The notes: generated from the letters alone by a model not told the origin. A stretch of 64,000 bases of DNA from Octopus sinensis (GCF_006345805.1 NC_043005.1:77004001-77068000), one strand, 5' to 3'; positions 44,252 to 58,569 are shown, counted from the stretch's first letter. Program-made: numbers and translations.

Positions 44252-44600
44252 GTTTCTTTATTAGCCACCACAGGGCTGCACACAGATAGAACAAATTACA
44301 AGTAGAGCTTTTCTTTTGAAGGTTTAAAAAAAAAAAAAAAAAAGGAAAGGGGGAGTTCGAATCAAAAGGGATCGATTTTAAAAAAGGAAAGAGAAAAGAG
44401 AGAAAGAGACAAAAAAGAGGGGGTGTGTTTAAAAAAAAAGGGGGGTGGAGAAAAAAGGGGAGAGGAAAAAAAAAAAAAAATTGATAATAGGGATCGTTAT
44501 CACAGAAATGTCAATATGAAAGTGTAAAGGAGGGAGAGGACAGGTGAGGTTTACCCGTGGAAAGAAAAAGCCTACGGAAAAGACCACGGTAACCTCGGTC
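44252..44600 (-). mobile_element. 3' UTR-only copy of the L1/Tx1 element at 7712
   Basis: Shared GGAAAGAAAAGCCTACGGAAAAGACCACGGTAACC, AGGGATCG blocks and end TATGTTTCT; AATAAA on the minus strand; inside a (GATA)n tract. Confidence 0.8.
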
Positions 44601-44601
44601 A

Positions 44602-44634
<33 letters not shown>

Positions 44635-45540
44635 GATAGATATATATAGAGAAAGAGAGAGAGATAGACAGACATATAGAAAGCTAGATAGATAGACAGA
44701 TAGATAGAAAGCTAGATAGCTAATTAGATAGATAAATATAAGCTGTATGTATAGTGTATATTAGTATATACATATATTTGTATATATATATATATGTATG
44801 CATATATATATATATATGTATGTATGCATGTATGTATATATATATATTTATGCATATATATATATATATATATGTATGTATGCATGTATGTATGTATGTA
44901 TGTATATATATATATATATATGTGTGTGCATATAAATATATATATACATGTATGTATAAATATATATATATATATATGTGTGTGTGCGTGTATGTGTGTG
45001 TATGTGTGTGTATTCTCTTTTACTTTTTCACAGGCTTCAGTTTTTTGACAGCAGTGAAGCAGGAGCACCGACTTTGGTCGAAGAAATCGACCAAGGACTT
45101 ATTCTTTGTAATCCTAAAACTTATTCTATCGTACTCTTTTGCCGAAACGCTATGTTAACAGGGATATAACACACACCAACGTTTGTTCAGTCAAGGATAT
45201 ATATACATATATATTACATATTATATATACATATATGTAGATACATATATATAAATACATATATATATATAAATACATATATATACATACATATCATAAT
45301 ACATACATACATACATAATATATATATATATATATATAATATATATATATATAATATATATATTACATATATATATAATTGATGATTGATTGATTGATTG
45401 ATTCTAGTTTCAGCTCATGAGCTGTGGCCATGCTGGGGCACCGCCATTTGGTGTTGCTACATGGTTTTACTTCACGAAAGCTTTTTAGCAACTGCATACA
45501 TACATATATATATGTATACATATAATATATATATATATAC

Positions 45541-45582
<42 letters not shown>

Positions 45583-45832
45583 TATACATTATAATGTATA
45601 TATATATATATATATACATACATATATATATGTATATATATATATATACATACATATATAATGTATATATATATATATGCATATATATATATACACACAA
45701 ACACACATAAGTGTATGTTCGAGTGTATGGAGATTATATTTTACATATACAAGTGTTTGCATTTCTCTGTGTGTGTGTGTGTGTTGTGTGTGTGTGTTTG
45801 TGTGTTTGTGTATGTGTGTGTGTGTGTGTGTA

Positions 45833-45865
<33 letters not shown>

Positions 45866-46050
45866 AGCCAAGGCTATGTGTTTACGAGATTCTGTTTGCA
45901 ATCTTGAGTCTCCGGGTTGAGGCCAACAGCGTGACGTCTATTCTAGCTCCAGGGTAATCAATACTGTTTATGTGAATTTGCTTGATGGAAACTGTGCGGA
46001 TGTTATTGGAATATATACATCGACAGACTCACAAACAAAAATATTTATGC

Positions 46051-46088
<38 letters not shown>

Positions 46089-46324
46089 AATGAATATGGA
46101 TAATATATATATATATATAATATATATATATATATTATATATATATATATACATGCATATATATATATATATATATATAATGTATGTATATATATCTTAT
46201 GTTCCAATGTATTTATATTATATATATTATATGTATGTGTGTATGTATATATATATATATATATAGGTAGATAGATATAGATAGGCAGATAGGTAGATAG
46301 ATAGGTGGGGAAGACAGAATTTAG

Positions 46325-46358
<34 letters not shown>

Positions 46359-47439
46359 ATATATATTCATATTTATATATATATATTCATATTTATATAT
46401 ATTCGGATTTATATATAATTATCTCTAATTCATTTTGCTATCAAAGAATCTATCTATCTATCTATCTATCTATCTCTTACATATATCTCTGTATCTACCA
46501 AGCTAAGCTCTCTGTTTGTCTTTCTGTACGTCTGCCTGTTTATCTATCTGTCTGTCTGTCAGCCTGTCCATCTATCAATTTGTCTTAAATATTCTTTTTT
46601 CTATTATCCCCCATCCCTTATGTATTTTCTCTCGTTGGTAGGTGATGTGGTTAGTACCATATTTTATTTACTAAGTAATGTGACCATTTCAATGGAACCG
46701 TTGTCGCTGAATTTGAAAAAAAAAGTATCATATTTTTTCTCCCTCTTTCCTCCCTGATGGTGTATACATCTCTCGCATCTGTTGCTGCTGCGGTTAGGCT
46801 ATATAACAGTTTAGCGCGGTGTATTGTATTGCTTGTTGCTTGAGCAATGCGGGCAATAGGATAATAATATAACGAAAGCCTCTCTCTTTCTTTCTACCTT
46901 TTTTTCTCTCACTTTTTCTCTCTTTTTCTCTTTCTCGCTCTCTCTGTCTCTGCCTGTCTTTCTCCGAACATTGTGTTGTGGGCATTGTGTTTGTGTTCTG
47001 ATTGATCGTGTGAACGTGCGAACGGGCGTGCGTCCGTGCAGAATTTGTATAGGTTAGCGACAACAGATAATTATGTGAAACTCGGCTGCTGGAGCTAAGT
47101 GAGAAAGATTCTGCGATGGATGATGGATGAAAAATATATATATATAATATATATAATATATATATATATATATATTTATTATATAAATAATGTATGTATT
47201 TTATTGTCTTATGTGTTTTGGTATTTGTATGTATATTGTATATATATATATATTATATTATAAGAGAGTATGTATGTAGGTATCCTTTGTGTGCTTAACA
47301 GGACATAAGACAGACAGACAGACAATGCAGAAAAAATTTCATTAGTTAATTAGACATTTTCTTATCTACCTTTTTGTCTTCTAATTAACGAAACGAGAAA
47401 ATATATTTAATTTGTGTATGTATATATTTATAACATATA

Positions 47440-47474
47440 TTTTATTTATATGACGGCGACAGTGATGGAGACGA

Positions 47475-47506
<32 letters not shown>

Positions 47507-48083
47507 ATGATGAGGGGGAGGAGGACGACGACGATGATAAAGATGACCACTTCTGTGATAATGACGCTTAAGCTGCAGATTAAGGTTGAAAAATAAAGAC
47601 AATGGTAAGATGATGCCGCGGTGGACGATGACAACGATGATGAAGATGATGACAACAGCGGCGATTATAAAGGACGACGATAAACACGTCGTTGATGATA
47701 ATGACGGTGATGACGACAAAGACGACGACGGCGGCGGCGGCGGCACCGGCGATGATGACGATGAGGATGATTATGATGAAGAGGAAGAAGGAAGAGGAGG
47801 TAAGAGAGGATGAAGAGGCGGACGGTGATGATTTGGATGGATAATGATGATGACGATGACAATAATGATACTGATGAGGAGGACAACGATAACGACGACT
47901 ATGATGATGATGATGATGATGATGATGACGATGATGAAATATCCGTGACGATGCGATGATGAACGAGATGATGTCTTTTGTGACTCTGCTCCTTTAAAAG
48001 AAAGAAAAAGAAAGAACGATCAAGAAAAGTAGATCTAAAGCAACAGAGATCGTATAGTAAAGAGAGAGAGCGGGAGGGGGGGG

Positions 48084-48138
<55 letters not shown>

Positions 48139-48550
48139 AAGAAAGAAAGATAAAGAAGGGTTTAGAAAGAGAAAAGAAAAAGAAAGGTTTAGAAAGAGAA
48201 AAAGAAAGAAGAGAGAGAGAAAGAGAGAGAGAAGAGAGAGAGAGAGAGAGAAAGAAAAAGAAAGGTTTAGAAAGAGAAAAGAAAAAAAGGGAGAGAGAGA
48301 GAGAGAAAGAGAAAGGTGTAGAAAGATAAAAGAAAGAGAGAGAGAGAGAAAGAAAGAAAGATAAAGAAAGGTTTAGAAAGATAAAAGAAAGAGAGAGAGA
48401 GGAGAGAGAGAAAAAGAAAAAGAAAGGTTTAGAAAGAGAAAGAAGAGAGAGAGGAGAGAGAAAGAAAAATAAAGGTTTAGAAAGAGAAAAGAAAAAAGGG
48501 AGAGAGAGAGAGAGAAAGAGAAAAAGAAAGGGTTTAGAAAGAGAAAAAAG
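47440..48550. repeat. (GAT/GAC)n block followed by a polypurine GA tract with recurring GGTTTAGAAAGA
   Basis: Direct inspection. Confidence 0.9.
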
Positions 48551-49055
48551 GCGGTGAGCTGGCAGAATTGATAGGACACCGGAAAAAAAATGCTTAGCAG
48601 CTTTTCGTCTGTATTACATTCTGAGTTCAAATTATACCGAGTTCGAATCTGCCTATCATCGTTTCGGTGTTGATGAAACCTGTACCCGTCGAGCAGTGGA
48701 GTTGATGTAAACGACTAACCCCCTCCCTCAAAAGTTCAACCCTTGAGCTTATTGTAGAAAGGTATATTTTAGCATGGAGCAAGTGAGGAGTAGACGAAGG
48801 CTCTGGAGAATGAATAATGATGAATACAACAGGAAATTGTGTGTAGGCAGTGTAGTGACTTATTTTAAACAGAGTTTGAGCAAGTTGTAACAATGGTTTT
48901 AAATTTTGACACAAATCCAGCAAGTTCAAAGAAGAGCTAAGTCGATTACATCGACCCCATTGCTCCTAACTGGTACTTATTTATCGATCCCGAAAGAATA
49001 AAAGGTAAAGTCGAACCCGGCCGCATTCGATCTTGGAACGTAAAAACGTTCCATG

Positions 49056-49540
49056 AACCGTGCATCTGCTCTCTATCTCTCTCCGCATCCACCCCGCTGA
49101 CGTCCGTCTCCCGTCTCCCCTCACCAACCACCCCTCCACCCTTCCCCTCCAACCCACCATTCTCCGAGCCTTTCAGCGACTCCAGTCCGACTCCTCCACC
49201 TCGTACATCTTCCCCAACCAACCCTTACTGCCTTCAAACGAGCCCACACCCTGCGTGACCTCATGATTCACAGTTTCTTCCCTAACCTCACCTCGCAACC
49301 TGGCTCGTTCCTCTGCTCAGTAAGGGTTGGGTTGGGGAAGATGTACGAGGTGGAGGAGTCGGACTGGAGTCGCCGGAAGGCTCGAAGAATGGTGCGTTGG
49401 AGGGGCAGGGGGGAAAGGCGGTTGATGGGGTGGGAACGGGAGACGGGCAACAGCCGGGTGGGTGCGGAGAGAGAGAGAGCAGATGCACGGTCCGCGGAAC
49501 GTGCTCTGGCAAGGGCTGTGTAGATGGTGGTGACTTAGAG
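49056..49540. mobile_element. Inverted pair of Penelope-like ORF fragments
   Basis: Plus arm: HPSTLPLQPTILRAFQRLQSDSSTSYIFPNQPL(frameshift)AFKRAHTLRDLMIHS; minus arm: ALARARSADRASAL..PLQRTILRAFRRLQSDSSTSYIFPNP. This resembles the PLE RT-endonuclease linker. Confidence 0.8.
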
Positions 49541-50749
49541 AGTTGTAGTACGCATACACTCCCACCCCTACCACAGACACACAGATATACACGCAAGCGC
49601 ACGCACAGATAAGGACACACACCATTGAAAGAAACACTAAATATCAGCCCTGTAGTGTGCATCTGTATTTATATCTCAGACATTGGAGAATGATATCAAC
49701 ATTTGTCAGGAAGTGTAGCATCGCTTAGGCTACTAATCGTGACATCACATCAGATGATATATCTACTGAGGAAAATACACCATGACGTTCAGCCCACACT
49801 CCCCCACCAGGATGAGACCAAAATATCTTTTATGTCAACTATCTATGGACGACATTACACGTGTGATTACTAGCTTCTTCAAAGCTGTCAAGATTATAAT
49901 TTCGTATGTGGCATGATGTTACTAAATCAATATACGCTGCTAAATTCTACAAAACTGTTATGAACTTTTGCAGAAGTCAGCTGTCCTCTAGATTTTCGCA
50001 TTTCTTTGAAAATCAGTAAAAACAGGAAAGAACATTTATAGTTTACTGCTTCGACACCTACAACATCACCTCTTCTTAGTTTTTGTATTTCATGTCTAAT
50101 CACAATCACTAGGGCTTTTCGTTGTGTTGCTGCATATATATACATATATATAGAAGTGGTGGTAATTTACTTATTGAATTTATTTATTGATACGGTTGTA
50201 CATAGGGTAAATGTGCTTGAAAGTTGTGGTTTTTTTGGTTTGTCTGTTCCCCTACAACATTTATCTTGGTGCTGTTAACACCGCCGGATTGAATACTACT
50301 GCTCAGATGTCGAAACCATAATGATATCTGTGGGGCAGCTGATGATGGAGGTATGTTGGATTGTTGGTATGGCTGCGGAATGTATTGTAACACATCCTTT
50401 TGCTATATATATATATGAAGTGACCATTTATATCGAAACTAATAGACATTCTGCAAATCATTTGGGAAAAAGAACAGTGAAAATATTCAATATTCACTGA
50501 CATGCAAGGCATGGCTGTGTCGTTGAGAATCTCGCTTTGCAACCACATAATTTCGGGTTCAGTGTCACCGTGGGCAAGTGCCTACCTAGCCTTGTGCCTA
50601 CCAATGCTTTGTGAGTAAACTTAGTAGAGGGAAATGCATATCCGTGTGAGATATGCGTTCACTCCAGATTATTTAGGCGAAACGCTCTGGACATTATAAA
50701 AAGAAAATCTTCGCACAATATCATGTTATGAAAAAAGAAGTTATTATAA

Positions 50750-52600
50750 AGGTTTCAAATCTTGGCACAAGGACAGCAATTTCAGGTGGTGAGGGATAAA
50801 TCAACTACATCGACTGCCAGTGCTCAATTGCTACTTATTTAATCGACTTCGAAAGGATGAAAAGCAAAGTCGACTTCGAAAGAACTCGAACTCAGAACGT
50901 AGCGACGGGCGAAATGTTGTTAAGCATGATGACCGGCGTGCTAACTTTGTCACCCGAAGAAAGAAAAATAATAAAAGAAAAAGAAAATGCCCTTATAATC
51001 CTTTCTACTTGAAGAACAAGGACTCAAATTTTGGGGAAGGAATCAAGTCTATTACATCGGCCCCAGTGCCTAGTCGGTACTTATTTAATCGATCTCGAAA
51101 GGGTGAAAGGCAAGTCGACCTCGGCGGAATTTGAATGCAGAATATATTGGCAGACGAAATACCTATTTCTTTACTGCCCACAAGGGGCTAAACACAGAGA
51201 GAACAAACAAGGACAGACAAACGGACTAAGTCGATTACATCGACCCCAGTGCGTAACTGGTACTTAATTTATCGACACAGTCGACCTCGGCGGAATTTGA
51301 ACTCAGAACGTAGTGGCAGACGAAATACCGCTAAGCATTTCGCTCGGCGTGCTAACAATTCTGCCAGCTCGGCGCCTTCACAAATGCTATTATAATAATA
51401 AGCAATTAGAAAACTAAAATTCCTTAATACATATCAGTAACACTTTGATAACAACAAACTGGTTTCAGATTTTGGCACAAGGCCAGCCATTTTAGGTGGG
51501 GGAGTAAATCGATCACATCAAACCAGTGCACAACTGGTACTTACTTTATAGAACCCGGAAGTACGAACCACAAAGTATTTGAACTCAGAACGCAAAGAAG
51601 GACGACATGGTGCTCAGCATTTTGTCCGGAGTGCTGACTTAATAAAGAAATTCAAATTTCAGGCCATAAAGTTTCACTACCATTGTTCGCTGAAGACCCA
51701 CTAAAGGTGTTGAATGACCTGAAATATAAAAAGAAACGGGTAGTACTGCTTTTAGATTCACATCATCTATGCAGTAGTTGCAGATATCTTAGATATTGAA
51801 GTGCTTCAATAATTCAAATAGAAATGTTAGATGTGGTAATATCAGGTGAGATTAGTCTCGTCTCCAGGTGTTTGTGTGAGTCAATAGTATTATAAGCTGC
51901 TTGATGACATTTCGTAATGAGATATGACATACAATAATTTTAATACTGAGCAACATTACTGCTGAGTCTTCTAAACCTTGTTATTGTAATTGTTAACTAA
52001 TAAGCTTAGCAGACAAGTTATCTACAAAATCTTATTGAACGGCTATTAGTCAAGCTGTCAATCATCCAGTTATAACTATGTTATAACTCGTAACTATAAT
52101 GCGTTACAGAGCTTAATTACGAGACAACAACAAGTTTTCGGACTAATTTCTCGTAGTAATGGTTTCAAATTTTTGTATAAGGCTAACCATTTTGATTGGT
52201 GGTACTAGTCACTACCTTTTTCTTTACTATCCACAAGAGGCTAAACACAGAGGACAAACAAGGACAGACATACGGATTAAGTCGATTACATCGACCCCAG
52301 TGTGTAACAGGCACTTATTTAATCGACCCTGAAAGGATGAAAGGCAAAGTCGACCTCGACGGAATTTGAACTCAGAACGTAACGCCAGACGAAATACCGC
52401 TCAGCATTTCACCCTTTCTCGGCACGACGTCTGAAATTTCGGAGATGGGATAAGTCGGATATATTGACCGACCCCAGCGCTCGACTGATACTTATTTCAT
52501 CGACCCCCGAAAAATGAAAGACAAATTCGACTAAGGCGGAGCTTGAACTCGGAACGTAAAGAACCGGAAGAAATATCGCTAAGCAATTTTACCGACAGTC
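50750..52600 (-). mobile_element. SINE family C cluster
   Basis: Several minus-strand copies, including tandem subunits at 51120-51380 and 52200-52400. Confidence 0.85.
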
Positions 52601-52999
52601 GCTCAAAACAACACATGATCAAGTGCGATGTAGTGAAATTGAAACGGAGATGCTATGAGTACGATTAGAGCATCTTCCTACTACGCCAAAATGTCTTATA
52701 AAAAACTACAATTAATCTTATCACTTGTCTTTTTATCTTCTACTTATTTCAGTCATTAGATTGCGGCTGTGTTGGGATACGAACACATACACAAACACAT
52801 ACACACACACACATATACATACCGTGGACTTCTTTTAGTTTCTATCTACCACATCTATTCGGAAGGCTTTCGTCGAGCTGTAATAGAAGATACTTGCCTA
52901 GGATGCCACGCTGTAGGACTGAACACAAAACTATGTAATTCGGAAGTAAGCCTATTCATCCGCACAGCTATGCCTGCACCTACCATCAAAACGCTTATA

Positions 53000-53352
53000 T
53001 TTATCCTCCACCCTAAGTATTATTTTCAGTCATATTTGTTTGTCCGTGGACTAGATATCTCAAGACCCGCTGGATGGATTGGAATGAAACTTTCAGGAAT
53101 GTTTGGCCTCGTGACTGGTACGAACTGATTAGATTTTAAGATCCATCCATTATTGGACAAGGATTCTGTATTATTTTTCCAGATTTTTTACTTAATTTTT
53201 TAGAGTGGTTGGGTTCATTTTTAGTATTCTTGCTTGTGAGAGCAGTCGGATTTATTTAAGATATTCTCATTTTAAAAATCATCTCCCTCTAATCGTTGAG
53301 AGGACGTTGACGCTGCCTTGGCAGAGGTTTGCGCTCTCTGAGTGCTCTTGTT
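53000..53352 (+). mobile_element. Helentron-associated (HINE/DINE-1-like) element
   Basis: TTATCCTCCACC near the 5' end, GATATCTCAAG..TGGATGGATTGGAATGAAACTT internal block, 3' GCCTTGGCAGAGGTTTGCGCTCTCTGAGTGCTCTTGTT. Confidence 0.65.
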
Positions 53353-53779
53353 ATTTTTATATTCATTTATTCATATTAATTTCTTTACTTTTTAGACCAA
53401 GAGCCGCCTTTTTTCAAAAGCATAGATACAAAATAGTCACTACGATGGCTTACATTCGAAAAGAAAGCGTAGGTTTCGTAAATGTTCAATAAAAGCTGAA
53501 TTCAACATAGGAGTGCAAAATGTAATTAATTGTTTTTATTAAGTACTTAAGTCTAAATCCAAATCTATAGCATTTAATTAAGTATCTTCAAGTAATTTTC
53601 ATATATAGTTTTCAATTTAGTTTTACACGATTGTTCTTTAGAATCTTAGAACAATTTTAATTAGATGTTTGTTCAATTAGCTGATAATATTTTCTAGTGC
53701 TCTACCTTATTAATTACCATACATAAATGAACTTATTAGAGGAGTGTTGTCTACAGACAACTTTGTTAAAATGTATATC

Positions 53780-54540
53780 GTCTCATGTGGCGATATGGCG
53801 GAAACGTTAGCACGCCGGGCGAAATGCTTAGCGGTATTTCGTCTGCCACTACATTCCGAGTACAAATTCCGCAGACTTAATCTGTTTGTCTGTCCTTGTT
53901 TGTCCCCTCTGTGTGTAGCCTCTTGTGGGCAGTAAAGAAATAAGAAACGTTAGCATGCTGAGCAAAGTGCTTAGCGGTATTTCGTCTGCCATTACGTTCT
54001 GAGTTCAAATTCCGCCGAGGTCGACTTTGCCTTTCATCCTTTCGGGGTCGATTAAATAAATAGCAGTTACGCACTGGGGTCGATATAATCGACTTAATCC
54101 GTTTGTCTGTCCTTGTTTGTTCTCTCTGTGTTTAGCCCCTTGTGGGTAGTAAAGAAATAGGTATTTCGTCTGCCGCTACGTTCTGAGTTCAAATTCCGCC
54201 GAGGTCGACTTTGCCTTTCATCCTTTCGGGGTCGATTAAATAAGTACCAGTTACGCACTGGAGTCGATATTATCGACTTAATTCGTTTGTCTGTCCTTGT
54301 TTGTCCCCTCTGTGTGTAGCCCCTTGTGGACAGTAAAGAAATAAGAAATGTTAGCACGCTGGGCAAAGTGCTTAGCGGTATTTCATCTGTTTTCCAGTGT
54401 TCAAATTCCTCCGAGGTTGACTTTGTCTTTCATCCTTTCGCGGTCGATAAAAGAAGTACAGGTTAAACACTGAGGTGGATGTAATCTACTTACACCCTCT
54501 CCCGAACTTGCTGGCTTTGTGCCAAAATTTGAAACCGATA
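53780..54540 (+). mobile_element. Tandem array of SINE family C units
   Basis: About 4 head-to-tail units of roughly 185-215 bp ending CCCCTTGTGGG(T/C)AGTAAAGAAATA. Confidence 0.85.
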
Positions 54541-57082
54541 TTCCTTTCTTCTAGAATAGATGTAATTTAACGAAAAATACTCACGCTTTTGTCATATGTT
54601 TCACCTTTCCTTAACTACAATTTATAAGTTAGCAAATACCCTATCGACAAACTATATCTTTCCTTAATCCTTATGTGAAATTGGAATAGATGTAGACTTT
54701 TATGTTAAAATATATATAATAAATTAAGACTATGAAACTGGAATACATTTCGACTGTTATACTTGGTATACTAAAATATTGTGGGATGTTTGTCGGATAA
54801 TTTCACTTGTTTTAAAATGGTCCTCACTGCAGAATCCAAATGATTTACGTATAAGAGATTTGTTGTAAGTATAGTAATAAAAAATGTTTAAAATCTGGGC
54901 TCAAAAAATCTGGAGGCCCTCTGTAGTTTGCAATTTTATGATCTTGCTCTTGGCTGCACTGGTCGCTATCTTCTTGGAAATATGTTAGGTTCGAGGTAGA
55001 ACCGTAACCCTCTCACAAAGTATCATGACCGCCAAAATATAGCTTTCCGCACATAGATAGCTTTAAGATACTAATATACTGGAGTTGGTTTCCTCTCTTA
55101 TCGCTCATTGCGTGCAGATGATGGTGCCTATGAAATATTGCTTAACTTCTCTGTTGTCCAGAATCAGGAGTCTTTGGCCAGGGATTAGGAACGCAGGGAT
55201 ATCAGCATCACCAGTGAGCTGAGTGAGTGTCAAGGACTCATATTTATGGCGCTCTTTTCTGTCTACAATATATAACCCACTGACAGCAAACACAGGACGG
55301 ATGAAATATTTCCATACCGTAAAACTCTGCAGACTGCTACATTAGGGGACAAGAAAAAGTTCTATATGCCGAAATACTGCAATAGACCAACATTCAATTA
55401 ATATATATTCAGTTGTAAAAAGAACAAAATGGAAAAAGAAATTCGAACCAGTCATGCAGCTCAAATTAAATGCGCATAGCGAAGAAACTTCATTTTACCG
55501 AGTTTGAAACAACGAAGCGGTCAGTGGCCTATAAAATGTTGCAAGGTTAGTCTGAAAGTAAGACAGAAACCTATGAATATTTGCACAACATTCTGGGGGC
55601 AGCTTGTTCAGCACTACAAACTGTTATATGACACCCTCATCAACAAACGTGAAAATATCCTTATATGAGACAATTTCAGACAGTAGAAACGAAACATGAT
55701 CTCTTCAAGCGAGCTGGCGCCTCAAATGAAGCTACAGATCACGTGTTCTAACATGTAGCCGTTATTTTTATGGCAAAATCAGCCTCATCAAATTTCTACT
55801 TGCAAAGTAATTTACAATATTCTCTTACTTTCAGACGGCGTTCGTTTCTTTAAATCATGGTTGAGATTTCCGTCCAGCTAAATCCTCTCAGGTCCACGTA
55901 ATCTAGTTTTACATAGATTACAAAGCTAAAGGTGAGTTCACCACTCGAACAGAGAAATATTGTGTAATAAACAAGTGCTCCTTTAGACATAAACTACCAT
56001 GGGAACCCCACAAAAGGTAATGAAAACGTATTCCTCAGTGTAATTTCTTTAAAATCCAGAAGATATTTCAAGTAAAGTGCTACTGTGAGTTGTTTATGGT
56101 TTGACATTAGCGCTTTGCTCTCTTTTATTAAGACATCTACAGAGATCGATTCAATTACAAGACAAAGGTTTAGATGACCTGCAGCTCTTCTCTATGTTCA
56201 AGGATTCCATTCATTTATTTATATAGCAACAAATCAACGTCTTTACACTTTTGCAATTTGTGCAGCAGAAATCAAATAGAAAATATTCGACTGTAACTCT
56301 CTTACGATATCACACCCCATATAAAGAATATTTTTTTCTTATCTTTTCAGTAGAATTTCAATACACTGCAAATCAAAGCAGCAGATACCTGCAATTTAAT
56401 TCGATCTGTATTAGAATGCAATGAAAGAATTGTTACGCAACATTCAATTGAAAAAGATATTTATATATTATATATGTATATTTTTTCGTGCGCTAATACT
56501 TCTAACAGAGCATTTCAAAGTTATCCCGACTGTATTGATGCTTCGTTTTAAAATTTCTTTTATTACCTGCCAGTTCTATATAGATTACATATTCCGGTGC
56601 TCATGGAAATTATTCACCAACAGAATTACATTCAGGAACGCAATACATCCGGAAACTAATCATGTTTTCTTTTTCTATATACTTGTTTTTTTTTTCCTCT
56701 CAGAAATTCAAAGATGTAGATTAGAAAAATATAGCCGCAGGAATACATAGCAAATGTTTGAGGGGGGAAAACATACATGTGTACGTGTTTGTGCGTATGC
56801 GCGCGCGCGTGTACATATATATATATATATATAGATAGATAGATAGATAGATAAATAGATAGTTAGACAAATAATTATATATATATATTAAAACTTTCTA
56901 TCCATAAACTCATAATTCTTGGTTCAGTTCCAGTGCTTTGCACTTGGGAGAACTTGTGTTCCTACCATTGCCTCGTGAGTTTGATGAATAAAAAATGCGG
57001 AAGCCCTTCTAAATTAAATACATGTGGATGTATATATACATATAAGCACGCATGTATGCATGCATGTACGTATGTACGTATA

Positions 57083-57969
57083 GGAGGGAGTACCCAAAAG
57101 CAACAGGAAATGTTCTCTGTGGGACAAACCTGTTCTAGTTGGAGCTTACGCCGATAGAAGCCACTTGATGCGACCCTCAGGCATCAGTCTGCCGATCGGC
57201 ACCGTTCGGTTGGGTCGTACTGCCACGTGGTGTGTCATTGTTTTGCAGTGCTTCTCCCCTGATCGTCAAATTTTGCGATGGCTGGAACGAAGGAACAGCA
57301 TGCTTCTGTGAAATTCTGTTTTCTGCTGGGGAAAACGGCAGCCGAAGCAGTTATGCTTCAAACAGCTCACAAAGACGCTGTCATGAGCAAAACACAAATT
57401 TACGAGTGGTATCCACGCTTTAGGAATGCTCACTTGTTGCTTCGAGACCAACCTTGTTCAGGACGACCATCGACCTCCCGAACGAATGAAAACAACATGA
57501 AAATTCATGAACTGAACTTGGAGGACCGTCAGCGAACAATAGTCGAAAATGTTGATGTCTGGTGTGTCTTGAAGCTCCTGCCAGCGAATTTTTTTAACGA
57601 GGAATTACGAATGAAAAGAGTTGCAGCAAAATTTGTGCCTCGCTTACTCACGGAAGATCAAAATTAGTCACCACAGAATGCTGTGTGTCGGGAATTGAAA
57701 GAACAGTTTTAAGTTGATCCGGACCTGTTTTCGAAAGTGATCATTGTTGATGAAAGCTGGTGCTACGGAATTTGCAGATATGGAAGAAGTGAAGAAAAAA
57801 AAAAAAAAACGACGGAGGCGTTAAAAGGCATCACTTTGCAAGAATTCCATCTCTGCTTCGAAGAGTGGATAACACGAGAATACTTTGGTGGCGATAAAAG
57901 TGTAAGCATGAAAAACAAAGTGATTAAATAAATATTGCAAAATTCCGGTTTCTTTTGGGTACCAACTCC
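57083..57969 (+). mobile_element. Internally deleted mariner transposon
   Basis: TA|GGAGGGAGTACCCAAAAGCAACAGGAA ... TTCCGGTTTCTTTTGGGTACCAACTCC|TA; ORF with VKFCFLLGKTAAE, SGRPSTS, AAKFVPRLLT and DESWCYG (first catalytic D). Confidence 0.9.
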
Positions 57970-58369
57970 TATATGTATCGAAAATTGTCTCTTTTCAGAA
58001 TCTTAAGAAGCTCTTGTGACTGTGTAAATATTAAGAGCGAGATTTTTTTCTTCATGTCGGCAGTCTGCAAAATACATCCCAGCGGAAATTAAACATAAAC
58101 TACCGGACACATCATAAAGAATTCCGATGTAGTTTTATATAATTTTTCATGTTCGTAATACACTGCTTATATTTATTATGACGTTAATTACTTCCCCTGC
58201 GATTCTTTCTATCTTTTTCCAGATGCGCGTGCTCAATCAAACATCAATAGCATTGAACACTGTTACTAAGCTGCTTTGTTTTTACCAGCAGGAAAAATGG
58301 TGAAATAAATTATTATTTGGCCCAGAAAAACCTGGGTAGCTGTATTTCTCCAGCCTGTGATAATAGAAT

Positions 58370-58557
58370 CAGGAAAATTAATTACCCCCATAGGACAATT
58401 CTCTCGACGAAAACTACCCCGTAGGACAATTACTCCACTTGGTTACATACCCCCTCTCCAACATATCAAGAAGTTTTAAATCATCATTTGTTGTCCTCAG
58501 AGGTAATTTCCTTGGGGGTGTCTTATTGTTTATGGGGGTGGGCTTAATGTCCTACAC
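58370..58557. mobile_element. Possible MITE with GGACAATT/CCCC subrepeats
   Basis: Two TAGGACAATT copies at left; inverse-like GGTAATTTCCT, GGGGGTG and AATGTCCTAC at right. Confidence 0.4.
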
Positions 58558-58569
58558 TCATGATATTAC

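Noticed and set aside
46600-47120. Possible promoter or 5' UTR (locally CpG-richer unique sequence)
   Set aside because: No linked exon or diagnostic motif; needs transcript data.
56421-56750. 109-aa ORF; also 55105-55293 and 63477-63764
   Set aside because: AT-rich, no recognisable motifs; consistent with chance ORFs.
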